Below are positions 28,701 through 43,410 of a DNA stretch of 64,000 nt, piece by piece. The notes under the pieces are model-generated. The model saw only the letters and a program-made list of their open reading frames with translations. It made no database searches and had not been told where the DNA came from. Origin of the DNA: Camelus dromedarius (Eukaryota); contig NC_087436.1 of assembly GCF_036321535.1 (NCBI RefSeq), positions 81,284,001-81,348,000 on the forward strand, read 5' to 3'. A program made the translations under genes and the position numbers. Each line of letters starts with the position of its first letter. Position 1 is the first letter of the stretch.

Positions 28701-31700
28701 ACCGCTCTCCACGTCTCCTGGCTCCCCCTAATCTCCCCCCATCTCATTGCCTTTCTTGTTCCTTTAGCTTCCTCCCCACCCCATTCTTATGTTTGTTCTT
28801 CCTCATTTATATTCTGCATCCTTTATTTGTGATTTTTTTATCATTTATTCTCCTTCCTACAGTTTTCCAATTTTCTTCCTTTCTTTATTAAACTTAAAGA
28901 GCAGTCAAGTTGATAGGCAGAGTGAGACAAGTGATGGAGGGAAAGAAATGCTCAGGATGGGGGAAGATAAAGTCGTTCTGTGTGTGTGTGTATGTGTCCA
29001 CTGTGGGCTGAGTCAGGGGTGAAGATGGAGCAGTCGTACAACATGTTTCCCATATAACAATGTACTGCTCGCATTTATTATTTTGTTTTTTTGGTTAGGT
29101 TTTTTTGTTTGTTATTTTGGGAATTTTTTTTGTGGGAGGGGTTGGGATTTGGTTTGGTTTGGTTTTTTAGTTTTAGATAAAGTCTCTAAATGAAATCGGG
29201 TCAAAAATTATTAAATTGCTACTGTCTGTTTGAAATGCCTTCTTTTTAACTGTTATTATTCTTGTTGTTAAGCCAATTATTATAGTCTAGCTTGAAGAAC
29301 TGTCAATAGAAAAAAGCCATCCCCATCTAACACGTGAGGTAGGGGAGTTTTAGCCACTTTCCAGGGGTCCATGCCTGTTGGACACAGGGCTCTGATAAAG
29401 CTTCAACCTGATGTGCTTGAACTGATGACAGTATTTTATTCCTAGGCCCTTAGCACGGGTCACTAGCAGCTCTGTGTCCCAGTGTGAGCGCACATACACT
29501 CTTAGGTATGTATTTGTATCCACATGGTTGCACACTTTTCATTGATTAAAGAAGGGAATGACTGTCTCAGGCTGGAGCTGATGAGAAGCCCTTTCTGAGC
29601 AGAGTTAGTGTAGGATACATGTAAGATCAAAAAATGCATTTGGTAAATCATTTAAAAAGAAGAATGTCGGAATGTGACCTTGAATAAAGACTGATGCGTT
29701 TTCAAAAACATTGAACCAGGAGAGCTGAACAGCTGGCAAGGTTGGGGTCTTGTTGGTTCACCACTTCTCCTAAGGAAATACAAGCACCCAGGAAGATGTA
29801 GAAGAGTTATGCCAGTCAGTCTTATGGGGATTTCATATGTGTATAAGTTTTTTAATGGCTTAAGGTTTAACTATGTTGAATCTTGAATTAAAAGGAAGTA
29901 ATCACGTAACTTTTCTGGACACTTTTATCACACAAGCTTATTAGTAAATGTGTTTAAAGTTAAAACCACTCTTTGCTTCATTTTGGGAAGTCGCTATTTT
30001 ATAAAGAAAAAAGTTTTTCAGAGGGAATAAAAAGTTTTATACTAGATAGATAGCTTGAAACTTATTTATAGAATGCAAGTAAGAAGCAAGCAAAACTGTA
30101 TGGGTAACTAAAATAGAATTTTACCTCCCTCGCATTTGGGACAAGGTCAGTTAATCAGTAAATGACTTTGGCCATGTTATAAGCACTGTTCAGTAGGACC
30201 TTTCAATGCCTATCTTTACTTCATCTGTGCACTTTGAGAGGTCACTATTTCTTTTCTTTACTTTTTGTATGATGAGTTCCATTATGTGGAAACAGACTCA
30301 ACAAGGAAAACGAAGATGGAGAAATTATTTTTTGGAAGTGAGAGGGTATTAATATAGTATCTGGTGACAAAGAAATAAGGCTGATATCATGTGGCAAAAA
30401 TAATAAGTTCTAGAAACAAAATATACTTTAAGATATTATCTGGTTAGCACCCAGGTAAAATTAAATTTAAGCCATACAATAAATTAAAAGCCTAACTTCT
30501 TTCAAATACTCTCCCAAATCCCAAAGTATCTTTGAATTTCAGTATTTCCATTTGCAATATATATTATTTAAAGTAGTTCATATCCATCAAGATGGTATTT
30601 TTAAAATGTGATGAACTTCAATAAGAAGGATATTCACAGAATAATTAAGATCATAAAGATATTAGTGTAGTAATTATCTGCAAAGTTCTACAGCATTAAA
30701 ATGACTAGCAAAACAAAGAAGCCAGAACAGAAAAAGTGTATATTAAAATGTTAATGACTTCAACCTGTGGTGCAAAGCAAAACTGGAGAAAAGACAGAAA
30801 TTACTGAGTAGGAAACTTACTCTGGTGGTCAGTAACAGCTATTTGACTGCGTCCCCCAGCCAAACTATATATTTACATATTCTTAATATCAAATACTTCT
30901 TTCCCTTCTCTCAGTATATTTTCTTCTCTTAACTATTCAGGATGGATCTGCCATTTCAGGATTGGCTGATGATTTCCACTGAGTTTGCGAAGGAGTAGAG
31001 TATACAGCAAGCACAGTTAACATGCATTTGCATGCAAAACGAGGTGATGCGAGGAATTTAAAGTTGTCTTATCATGCAGATCATTTTTAACACTGAAACT
31101 TTCTTCATACAGAAGAAAGAATGTTCCTGGCACCACAAAGTCACGAGACTCTCCTGGGGCCCAGAAACACTGCATCTGGGCTTCCAGACCTGATGCCCTT
31201 GTATTAAACAAAATCAATCTTCCAAATTCCACTCATGTTTGAACTCTTTAGCAGAGAAGGACAGCTTCCTTTAGAAAGAAGAGCAGGTATCCATATTATA
31301 CATGTGTATAATGTCATGGCTATACAATTGAAACTGTCTTCATCACCACATTTGGACTAGTAGCCGTTCAATTAATTAATCTACTTAAAAATTTGGTTAG
31401 AGTTGGGGAATGTGATGAAACAATACATACACAAATTTATGTCAGTTTAAAATATTTAAGTGAATATGCATTTGCCAATTTTGATGTGAGGCGGAGCTCT
31501 TTTCTTTGAGGAAGAGTCAAGTGATTGGTTTTCTTCTTGTCTTTTTTGCATATGTTACTCCTATAATTTGTCATTTTAAATTTGCATATTCAGTTTCTTT
31601 ACAAATACTTCTGCAAAGTAATGTGAGCTCAGACCCCTTCTAGACTGCTATGATTTGCTTTTGAAGTCAGGTAGGTATTTTGAGTATTATTTTTTAAAAC

Positions 31701-32594
31701 CAATAATTACTTTTATCTTGCCCACACCTAATCTCATAGTAATTTTATTTTCTGTCAGTCCTGAATAGCAAATCATTAAAGCAGTTTTCATAGAAACACC
31801 CCCTCTTTGCTTCTGCATCCATATTGGAACATTTCATACCATATACACTGCAAAATAATATTTATGAAACTGAGTTTCTCAGACCTGTTTATCTATAGGT
31901 ATTAGAGGGGAGTAAATGTTTTCAGAACAAGTAAGTTCAGGAAATGCTAGTGGATAGCAAGTTATGCAAGTTTCTTGACTGAATAACTTTTTAATGGCAT
32001 TTGCAGCAAATATACTGAGTTATTCAAGTTGCTTGAGTGAATTACTTTTCAGAGTTTTTCATATGCTGATGTACATTCTGCATCTCTCTTGGAGAATATG
32101 GTGTTATACATTTCCCAGATTTACTTCATCTGGGACTTTTTTTTTTCTTCTGGATTACCTATTGCATTTTCAGGAACAAGGGAAAATCAAAGTATCCAAG
32201 CAATTGGCTAAGGAGAGAGGAGTTGTGAGTAGAAGTACCTTAGCTGGTAGAAAGTTATACTTTTGCGATTTGGAAGAAAGAAGGAAAGGTCAAGGACGGG
32301 GCAAGAGCTGTAAAGGAAGACTCTGGTATTCAGAGCGGTTGGGTTGGAGAAACCAAAGTAAAATTGGGTCTGAACAAAATTTGGTTGCTGCTACCTTCCT
32401 TGAAATGTGTTCTTAGTAATTATTATCATTGCCGTGAACAAACCCGAGTATGTGGTCCACTTCATAAAACATGCCACTTGTTTTAAAACAAGGTCTTAGG
32501 CACGCAGAATAGTCTAATTCTCAGTCACGGAGGAAAAGGAGCACAGTGAATAGCAGTGCTTCGCCTGTGCTTTAACAAGTGATTCTTGGTTGGC

Positions 32595-32765
32595 AATGAA
32601 GCACTCAATGTTTCTAAGCCTGGGTTTTCTCATCTGTATAACAGACATTATAAAACCTCCTTTGCAGGATCATTGCAAGAATTAAATGAAGTAAAATATG
32701 TGAAAATGCAAAGCACAGTGCTTGGCAGACATATAGTAGGCATACAATAAATACTAATTTTCTCT
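32595..32765 (+). mobile_element. MIR SINE (3' part)
   Basis: 'tttctcatctgtataa...aggatcattgcaagaattaaatgaa...atatgtgaaaatgc...cacagtgcttggcagacatatagtaggca'. Confidence 0.75.
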
Positions 32766-34764
32766 TTTGTTTACACTCACCACGTGCCCTCTCAGTTCCA
32801 ACAGTGGCCTGCATTCTTAAAGGCGAAGTTACCCTTTTTCTATTTATGCATACCTTAGCTTACTAAGTGCAGTCACCTTATTTTCTCTTGGTAAAAGGTA
32901 ACTTTTCAGGACCAATTACTTAACTTCTTTTAAGGAGGTCATACTTACTAATTTGGTTTTGGCATGAAAAGTATATTGGAAAAAAATAAGAAAAATCAAT
33001 GATTAACATCGCAGAGAATGGTCTTCATTTTAACTTGCTGTTACTCCTTCATACTGAAAGAGGAGGAGTGGGAAGAAAGTTATAGTGATTTCTTTCTTGT
33101 CAGGATCCATATGGGGAACCAAGGAGCAAAAAAAAATAACTGATAAGAACTTGAAACTGTAAGAAATCTCCTCCCTCACATTTCAGTTACCTATCACATA
33201 GCAGTCTAGACATGGTGAGCACAGTAGAACATTTGATGTGTGAATATATTTTTACATGGTGCTTTAGAATCCTCAACATAACATATTGAAAAGTTGAGTA
33301 GAATTAGTAGCATTTGTTAGGTAATGGTTTGCCTTCTTGAGAGGTACATTTTATTTACTCAACAAGGAACTTGAGAACACGCTTGGGAAAGTAATTAAGC
33401 GAAAAAACTTCCCAGTTGCTTTCACAGCTTGGTTGTGTACTGCTGCTTCCGGAAGTTCAGCTTGCAGCCCGGAAGTAATTTGTTTGCCAAACAGAAAGTA
33501 AATATTTATTGTAGCTTTACTAACCAGAAGAGATGGTTCATTCTATTGGCAAACTATTTACCAAGCTATAAATGCCATTTGGGTTATATTGATTGAGTCC
33601 TACTCTTTAGGGCATATTTAATACATAACACTTCCATTGTGGTAGAGACTCCTGAAGGTGTTTAAAATCTGTCGACTCAGACAGCGCACACGGTGAACAA
33701 CTGAAGCCTACTGGTCTGTCTAATTTAGAGATTACTACATTTTCTTTCCCAGGAAGTTTTGTTTCCAAATGGTCACATTGAGTGTATCTAGTGAGTTTAC
33801 ACTTGTACATTCCAGTGTAGGTTGATACAACACCATAGTTCTCTGTCTCAAATAACCTTCCAGCTTTTAACTGGCCACTTATTTTTAAGGTTGGCTGAAA
33901 GAAGAAAATAAAACCGCCATGCTCTGGTAATCATGGTCTAGTAATCATGGGTTGCCCTTATGTTCCTCTTGGGCTGAGTCACAAATCCACTTTAAAAAGC
34001 CCATCAGCACTTTCTGGAACAGAATGTCAATCAGATGTGACCAGAGTTTTGAAATTTGATGAAAACTTCCAACTTTCTAGTTGAAACTGATCTGGTGAAG
34101 GGTTTAAATCTTTCTGTCTCATATCACAGTGGTTGTTCTTTTTTCTCTAGTAAACAGGTTATTTTCATGCATGCTTTAAGAATAATCAACTGCGGATTTA
34201 ACTGAGGGTTTATTGGAAAATATTTCTCCTTCTGATTTATTGAAAAGATCAAAAACATTGTGTTTAACTTTTTCTTAAATGAGAAACTTTGTACACTTCT
34301 ATACACCATGTGAGAGAGGAGCAAGGTCAAAGAATTTTTCTGATTAACTGAACACTTTGATCTTTTGTCAAAAGCATCTAAAATCTAAAAATCTTCTGAT
34401 ATATGCTGAACCTGAGGCCATGCTAAGAGCGTGGGTATGTACTAGTTTTGATTTTACTGCAGCTAGGCTATTGCAACTGAAAACTGAGCTTTTAGCTGTT
34501 TTTGTTCTTGTTAAAAATCTTATAATTTGTTCACCTCAGGAGTCTTATATTTTATAGCCATGAGATTCGGTGTGTTCTTTCCAGAATGTAGTTCAATAAG
34601 TATAAAAATTATACTGTTAACTACATAAAGAAATATACTTGAAAACGTCCAGTTAGTAATGTGAAGCTACTGCAGTATGCATCTGAAGACTTAAAACTGC
34701 TTACACTTTGAAGCATTCTTTAGACTCCACAACAAAACAATCAAAATGGGGTGTTTAAAACATC

Positions 34765-34915
34765 AAAATTACCTTAGGAGTTTTTTTAAAAATACAAATT
34801 TCTAGGCTGCATCCTCAAAGATTCTGATTCTTTTGATCTAGATTGGACCCAGGTAGACCAGTTGTTTAAAACCCTTCCCAGATAATTTTTATGTGCACTT
34901 TGGAAATCAGTATGG
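34765..34915. mobile_element. MER5-type hAT-Charlie element
   Basis: 'ttaaaaatacaaatttctaggctgcatcctcaaagattctgattc...cccagataatttttatgtgcac'. Confidence 0.65.
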
Positions 34916-37900
34916 TATAGTGACCAGCATAAAAAGCAATGTTTTCTATGGTGTATTTCATAAAACACAAATCCCTTCAGATGATTTGCAAAGAAAATTT
35001 TCTATAGGCAAACATGTGAGGGATGCTATGCAAATTATCCCTTCTGGAGTTTTTGTAGAACATTTCTAAATATTAAGATGCAGAAGTCCTGCAGAAATGA
35101 AATCTGTTTAACTTGGTGTAACCTGTCGTTTCTCAGAAGGATTTGATCCTAGATAACTTATCACGTGGCCTCCCTAACTGGACCATGAAACTTGTTTTCT
35201 CCAGAATGTCCTTGGAGAAATGCTACTAAATGAAATTTGACAAGACCCAAATTGTTATTTACATCATTACTGCTTTTTAATGCAATGATTATGATGTCTT
35301 TGAGAATGTGCAACATTTGAAGCTATTGAGAATTATTTTACCTCTGTTTAGACCTATGACTGGAATATTTCTATTGCCTAACATGGCATCTAAAAATTAA
35401 ATATTAAAGAGTCACACTATTTTTGCATGATTTGTTTTCTGATTGCATGAAACCATCAGGAAGAAAGCAAATAAATAAATAAATACATATAAGTGGTTTG
35501 TTTCAGTGGCTTAGGTGGCCATCCCTTGAAAGAAAGAATGATTCTGTGAAGCCAAACTACTAAAAGTTCTCTTGTCACCATATTATTAAATATCTGATAA
35601 ATTGAAGTTTGGAGGCAAATATTTTGTTGGTGAGTGATCCTTTTCACACCACAAAACTTTACAAATAGATTGGTTAAAAAAACAAATTACAGATTATACT
35701 TCAATAAAAAAAAAATACAAATGCTTAATTATTGCCTGTAATTATAGGATCAAACCTAAAATTATGATCAAGGGCCAGGGGACAGAGAATTTGTCAAAAT
35801 TAGTTACTTGACTTTTTAAAAAATTTAATATAATATGCTCAAAAGAAGTTTGAATTATATTTTTTGTGTTTTTCTTCCATTAGGAAAAAAATATCAGAGA
35901 AGTTCTGGGTTTGTAGGTAGAGATACAGTCACTAGTCTAAGAAAGGAAGCATTTTAATAACATTAGAAAATGTTATAAAAGAGGGAGGACAAAGAATCAT
36001 TAGTTTTACCTTCCGGAAAAGCAGAGAAAGGAGGGTGATTTGTTCATCAGCATCTTGTCAGGTCACATGGTCCAGTCACTAAACCAGGCATTTCATTCAG
36101 GTAGAAGAAATCTTCTTTAAGTCCTCCTCTACTGACAAAAAAGATAATCTGCTGTTTGGAGTTGTTAAAAGGCAGCTGTGATAGTGGACTTTTACAAACA
36201 ACATCTGTATTCACACTATACCCGTCCTTTCTCCATTCTTCCTTCATCTGAACCACCCCCTCTTGTTCCATTCTTTCTTTCCTTTTGGAAAGTGACCCTG
36301 CACTCCTCACTCAGTGAATTTTATTGACAATGTTAAGCAGGTAAATGAAGAGCCCAGCATTCCATGTGTTCTGTGTGAAGAGGAGTTTCTCTTGCATTTG
36401 GTTTCCATTGAACAGTCTTATGTGGAACGTGAGCTTACTCCTAAATGCGTACAAAGAACACTACTTTAAATTAAAATGATAGCAGGACTGTCAGAAGCAG
36501 TCCGTTTCCCACTCACATTTAGTGAAGCAAAGGAAAATAAAACTCCATATACCTAGTTTCAAATATGTAGATGATCTGAAATTGAATCCATGGGTTACTT
36601 TTCACATTGAATTCACCTTGGTTGGTTTCATGATGCTGTCACCTGGGTGCCAATTAGTACACTGGACATCTGCCAAGAAGGAGCTGAAATAAAGCCATCG
36701 GCTCAATTCATCTTGGCACCAAGGTCACTGCTAAGCTGTATTTAACCTGGTGCTAAAGGCCAAAGCCATTGCTTAGTCCAGGAGCTGTATTCTATGCAGG
36801 AGCTTTATAATAAAGAGAGACTATGCAGGCATTTTTTTTTCTTTTTCATCCTTCTGACAAAAGAAAGATAATGAAAAGCTATCACAAATATTTCAGAATT
36901 ATGGCAACCACTACTAGCATAGACAGTGAGTTTCCCAGCATACAAAAATGTAAGAGAGCTGCTTATATCACTCTATTCTGTGTCTCATAGTCAAATAAAG
37001 GGGGACAACCATATCATCTGGGAGACAAGGAGTGTGCTTACATGGCACATATGGGGGTTTAGAAAGAGGGTATTAATTGGGGTTAATAATATTCAAACTA
37101 ATAGGGCCAGGATCAATAATCGTGATATTGGAAACTAAGACTAAAGGAAAAATCAGTAATAGTGACCCTTTATTTTGGTTTTGTTCATTGTGGATTTTTA
37201 TGCTAATTTGCTTTTGTTAAATATGCTATTAAAATTCATTTATCTTGATCACTGAGTATTTTGGTGCTCCTTAAAATTTTGTACCATTCTAATCCTGGCT
37301 CTGCAAACTAACATAAGCCAAAAACTCAGATCTATGGAAAATTACCGAGAAACTAAAATCACCTTACTGACCCCACATTTCATATAAGTAAATAATAGAT
37401 CTCCAGGTTTCATCATTACTAGCACTTGAGATTTTTTTAGAGCTTAATATTGGGCATTAAAGATGTCAGCCTCATTGGAAGTTAATAACAGATTGATTCT
37501 CAGCCGAAATTTTATGAGGAGCAGCATAAGGGAGATGTGGCTGAGCTACATGAAATTTGTGATCTCCTATATTTAAACAGGGGCCCTGGTCAGGGCAGAG
37601 TCCTCTCACCCACTAGTTCACTCTATTCTTTGTGAATCAGGGCGACATTTTTTATTATTTCTATTTTAAATAAAGGAGGTGGTTAAAGTTCTGGCAGGAG
37701 AGCACGTATTAGTGAAAATGAAGACAATATGCAAGGAACTGACTGATTTTTAAATCTTCATTGTAGATGCAAAATGAAAAGAAAATTAAATATGATTTGC
37801 ATGAAGCCTTGTTTGCTCAGACATCTTGCAGTGGAATAAGGACTCAGCCTTAACCAAACTCTGATCCCCTGTATTGGATTTTCAAATTACCACCTTGCTT

Positions 37901-38764
37901 CTCTGCAGTTGTTAATATACTCCTAGTGTTAGTATGTTCCCAGGTTCTAGAAAAAGAGAAAGCTTCCCTGTGGCCAGCTTATCATTTGATATTCCTGTAG
38001 CTGCCAACTTAAAAATGGATAGCCAAGCAAATATAGTTTGTTTTATTTAAAATTATATATTTAATTGTTCAATATATTTTTCTCACCTGAATCCCTTTAT
38101 GAAACCTAAGTAGATCTATACAAATGACTTCAATTAAAAGAAGTATTATCTTGATATTTATCAAGGATCCTGCTTCTCAGAGCTTAGACACAGACGAAGG
38201 TCCAGAGCATGTGGAAGCCAACTCAACCTGAGACAGCTTCACTGCAGAAGAGACATCTGAGCCAGGTCTTCAGAGACACTGAGCCCCCCATGCACTTACA
38301 TTCCCTCCCCACCTACAACACTGCTTCGACTTTGAGACTGTTTATCAGAACACTTTTCAAGTTCCACTGCTTTCACAACATTCTTCCTGATAAGTCAATA
38401 TTTATTTGTTACTTTCTTAATAAATGATACCTTTTATTCTCTGTATCATAAATGGTGGCACCTGTTTTCAGCTCATGCTTTCTTTATAATTTTTTTTCCA
38501 TTTCATGCTTTGTCTCCTTAATAATATTATAATGTTCTGGGGGAGAGATCATATCATAAATTCTTTTTGTCCTCCTCACAATGCCTTGGCAATCCTGAAA
38601 GTATATCAAATTAATTAACTTAAATTAATTAATTGTAAGTTTGTGGCATTAAATTGCTTATTATTTTTTGTTTGCAGTGAAGTTTCTACTTAACTAAACT
38701 TTTAGAAATGAGAAGAATGTTGTGATTTAAAAGGTACAAAGTGCATCACTTACTTAAACTTAAA

Positions 38765-39265
38765 TGTGCTAATCAGAGTCCCAACTGAAAAAAGGGACAA
38801 ACTCAAATTAGGATAATTTGAAGGTTTCAGTATACAAAGGTCTTGCCTAAAAAGTGTAGATGGGGTTTGGGGGGATTACAGACAATAGTGAAAGAACCTG
38901 GGTCTGATCATTGTGAAGGAGCTTTTCCAGTCTGACATTTAAAGGGCACGGGTAGAGGGGTTTTAGTAAAACTGAAAAAGAGTGCCATGTGGGAAAGTCT
39001 TTTAGGGGCGAGTAGTGATTTTTGGTCAAAATACAGAGCCAAGCCAAGGCAACCCCTGAGCTAGGGAGTCAAGGATATAAATATTCTAATCTCACACTTC
39101 CTCCCTCCTGTCTCCTCCCACGGCTGCCTATTGGCCACCCAATGGAAAGCTATGGGGATGGGAAAGCACCGCTATCATTTATGCAAGTTAGTCTCCGTGG
39201 GCAGGAAGCTGGGTGGAAAAGTGCAGAGAGCATATCTGAAGGGGCACATGGAGTTATCTGACACA
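38765..39265 (-). mobile_element. ERVL-class LTR fragment (antisense)
   Basis: Starts 'aatcagagtcccaactgaaaaaagggacaaactcaaattaggataatttgaagg', the reverse complement of the same LTR-end type as 6965-7350. Confidence 0.45.
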
Positions 39266-39624
39266 TTATCTCTTAATGGAACCTGCCCTGATACTTAAAA
39301 ATTTGTACCACTAAGGTAAAAAAATAATAATAAACATAGATTTGAATGCAGTAAACTAAATGCCTGTATGGCGCCACTCCACTTTAATTACAAAATAAGG
39401 TTACGTATGTTATTCCATAAATACACACAAAGTGTTCTGGGAGTCAGAGAGGGAGGGACCAACTGTACTTGGAGCATCAGCAGGGTTTCTCATTTGGGTA
39501 AGATCTTCAAAGGCCCTAATGAAGAAAGGAAGAAGGAAATGCTATGCAGAAAGTACAGGGTGAGGCAGGAAAGAGCACAACAGCGTGACTCTGAGGAAAC
39601 CCAGAACAACGGGAAAAATGGAAC

Positions 39625-39785
39625 CTGTTTAGACCTTACTGCTTCCATTCGTTAGCTGTGTGATGTTGGGGAATGAAGAAAACCTCTCTGATGCTCAGTT
39701 TTAGCCTCTGTAAAATAGGCACAGTAATTCTTCCTTCACAGGTTACTTTTTACTGATTAAATGAGATAATGCATTAAAAAGTCCA
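39625..39785 (+). mobile_element. MIR SINE
   Basis: 'tagctgtgtgatgttggg...aacctctctgatgctcagtttt...tctgtaaaatagg...cacaggtt...gattaaatgagataatgca'. Confidence 0.75.
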
Positions 39786-42719
39786 GTTACTAGGAGTACT
39801 CTCTCTAAACTCAGAGACTATCGTTTCCAAATTCTCATTTTGCATTACAAAATAATAACCTGTTATTAGGCTGAGAAACTATAGAAAAAAGGAAAACAAA
39901 TATGTCATCAACAAAATAACTTTCTAACTTGGATTCATATGGTAACTTTTATCTTGGGTGGTAGAGCACTTAGTGTAGTTGGTAAGCAGTCCCACTGTTT
40001 TCCCCTTATATTTGTTCTCTACTGGCATCTAATTTTGGTACTGAATAATTTCCCGTGATTTTGCTCACGTCTTCCTTTGTAATATATTGTAAAGCATCAA
40101 GAAGCCTTCCCCAGGGATTTCAATATGTTTTAGGTCAAGCTTGCTTGCATATTAAAAAGCAATAAATAATAAGATCCAGTGAATGGAGTCTTATAATTCT
40201 CCAATTCTCTATTCATTTATTCAAGAAAGTTCTTTCAACAACTATCATAGCTAGTTCAGGCTTGCTTTCTTCACATCTGAATAGGGTCAGATTTTTCCCT
40301 CATCCAAAATATTGAGTTTGCTAACTTTGAGTTGTTTACAGACTCTATTGGAGAGAGACTCAGAGACCTTGATTTGATCTTGTTTTCAACTACAAAACAT
40401 TCTTCTTCAAGAGATAACTGGCTTTATGTGCCTTTTCTCTTTCTACCTTGGTGTATATGTATAAACATATGTGTGTCTATCCAGTCCTTTTATGCTCTTT
40501 CCCCCAGGCCCCCCCACAACAAAAAAAGATCAGGAAAGAGCATCTATCTATTACCTCTTTGGTGACTTTCTTAAGTTATATTTGAAAAAATATTCTATTA
40601 TTTCTCATTGGATTTATTTTTAAGAAATCTTGCATCTAGTTGAACAATATGCCCATCAATCTGCCAATCTGTATTCAGAGTTTAGCCAGATTTAGGTTGG
40701 TGATTATATATGAATTAGACTGTATACCCTCAAACAGCAAACTAGTTTGCTGACTTCTAATGCTACTGCAGACACCCATGGGTATTCATTAAATGTTAAT
40801 TAATAAAGATATGCTGAGTTGAATTGACTTGTGGATTCTGGCTGATTGCTCTTCAATTTAAAATTATGAGATATATCAGCAGGTGAGATCTAATTTTAAT
40901 TTATTGCGTGTGTCTAGAAAATTGTAGAACTTGAGGAATTGAAACCTGTAGATATTTGTGCAAGATATGCAAAATAATATGTAATCCAAAAATGAATACA
41001 CTGTAAAAGGTCTGAGAACTTTTTGTAGGGGCTTTCCTTGCCTTTGATTCTATTTAATTTTAAGAAGCTCTCAATTTGGATTCAGTTATCTAAAATTCAT
41101 GTAAAACTAAGTCACTTCTTAGATTTTTAGTGTACTTGTGGATAAATGGACAATTATGAGACCTTTAAACAGCCTGGTGTTGCTCTGAATGAACATCACA
41201 CTCCTCTCGGCTAAGCACTGTGGGCACTTTTTAAGGTTTTGGAAGTAGTTGCAGATTATTTTGAGAAGTAGGAATGAATTCTTGAAATATTTTAAGTTTC
41301 TTTAGCTTTATGATGAACATCTTAAGATGGTTCTCATTTGTCGTAAGTGATTGTTAAACATAAGACTCCATATATATATTTCCAGCCTGCAAATGGTTAT
41401 AAGGAGTCCTTGTTTTAGGGAAGAATTTCAGGTTTTCATTTATTTGCATACTTAGTATTATCTAAAGTTATAAAAGTACTTTTTAAAAAGCCCCCCAAAA
41501 TCCTTCTATATTAATTCTGATATAATTAGCCAGATTAGCCCTAATTTAGAGTAAAAAGAAGTTTAGTCTTTTAATAAGATAGATTTGATATATTTCTGAG
41601 CATTACAATTAATTTGTGCCCATTAAGGATTTTTTTTTATTTAAGGGGGTGCTTTTTGTAGGCACACATTCCTCAGTACTACTTGTATTGAAATTAATAT
41701 TCCATTAATTAAAGATGTAGAACCCTAGAGTTTTCTGAGCCTTCAATTGTAATTCCAGTTTTTCTCATTTTATACATAAATCTAGTAAATTGTATGTTAT
41801 GGTTAAAGAATAACTTTTATCTTTTTTATTAAAGTGCAATAAACATGAATTAGACAAATTAAACTTCTCTAAATATTTAAACATTGTCTATACACGAATC
41901 TAAATTCCTGAGTCATTTCAAACCATATAATATATTTAATTCTAATAAGTACTTCTGTCACCTTCCAAGGCAGACAAAGAAATCTACCAAAATCATTCCA
42001 AGTAGGTAATGAATACTTGCCAACCCATTATGTTCAGGCATTCATATTCAATATTTTTCTTTCAAAAATTCAAATATTCACTTGTATTAGTTGAATTCTG
42101 CCCACACATCCTCTACTTGGTTTTGAACCATCTCTTTACCAACTTATTTGTGTTGAAGCGATCCTACACCTTCCTTTAATAATAGAATTTCCTGACTTTT
42201 TAACCCTGATTATATGATCATTATATTGATGATATTGAAAATTGATGGACTAACCTATCATAAATAGTGAAAGATTTTAATTCCAGAAAATTTGAAAGGA
42301 AATTCAGCTTTTTGAAATGTGTAAGACTGAATTAAGAAATCCTGCATACCAGGAGTCATGTTTTAAGGAATAGATCAAATGATCAATAATCAGCCTCAAT
42401 GTAGTTGAGGTTGTGTGTGTGAATACAATGTGTGTGTATTCATATATGTTTATTTTAAAAGAAATCATTATGAAACTTGTTCATATCGCCAATATGAAAT
42501 AAAGTGTGTTTGTATCACCAATATGAGAACTAAAAAGAGAACAGCTGCTCAGTGCTGTTTCTTTTTCTTTCAGTGATTCTCTTCTAGACATTTTACATAT
42601 TTTGAAAGTAATAAACATTGGGGGGAATCAATTATATTAATCACGAGAACTTATTAAGGATTCTGAGGAGAGTGAGAAATTTTGAGCACAGCTTTAAAGA
42701 AATACGGATGAGTCTTTAA

Positions 42720-43410
42720 ATCTCCTCTCTGCTGCATCATCATTTTTCCCTCTCCAGTGAATAATTCCCATAAGAATGTAATGTTCTGTAATGTTCCTCG
42801 TCTGAAATCTCCTTGTCCTAACTACTCCCCTCTGAACCCATCATTGCCCATCTCTGCCCCTCTATACATTCTACCTAGAAGAGTTGTTTATACTGGCTGT
42901 TCCTGTTTTCTCTCTTCCATAAGCTTAAAAACACATTCCAGTGGTGATTTTACGTGTGCTGATCTGGTTGATCTTTCAAGGTCGTTAATGATCTCTGTGT
43001 TCCTAATCCAGTGACCTTCGCTTCCCCAAATCTGGTGGTCTGTACTCAGTCCTCATTCTGTTTAACCCCCTCAGCAGCATTTGACTTGCCTGATCACTTG
43101 CTTCACTTAGTCTCTCATTTCTCTTCCCATTTTCTCAGTCTGCTTTGCCGATTCCTCTTCCTTTTCTCAGTCTCTAAAAGTTGGAGCTCACTTGAACATC
43201 ATTTGCTCTATTCTAGCTACAGTATTCCCTGGGGACCTCATCCAGTTCTATGACTTTACATTGATGACTTCCAAATCTATGTCTTCAGTCTAGACCTTGC
43301 CCCTGAACCTCAATCTTTGTTTGGTTCCCTGCTGTATCCTCAGAACTTAGAATAGTGACTGGAACAGCACAGGTACTCAATGAATATGTATTGCATAAAT
43401 GAATGGATGT
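42720..43410 (+). mobile_element. L2 LINE fragment with 3' end
   Basis: 'ctcagcagcatttgac', 'gatgacttccaaatctatgtcttcagtctagacct', 'ctgctgtatcctcagaacttagaatagtgactggaac...gtactcaatgaatatgtattgcataaatgaatggatg'. Confidence 0.75.
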
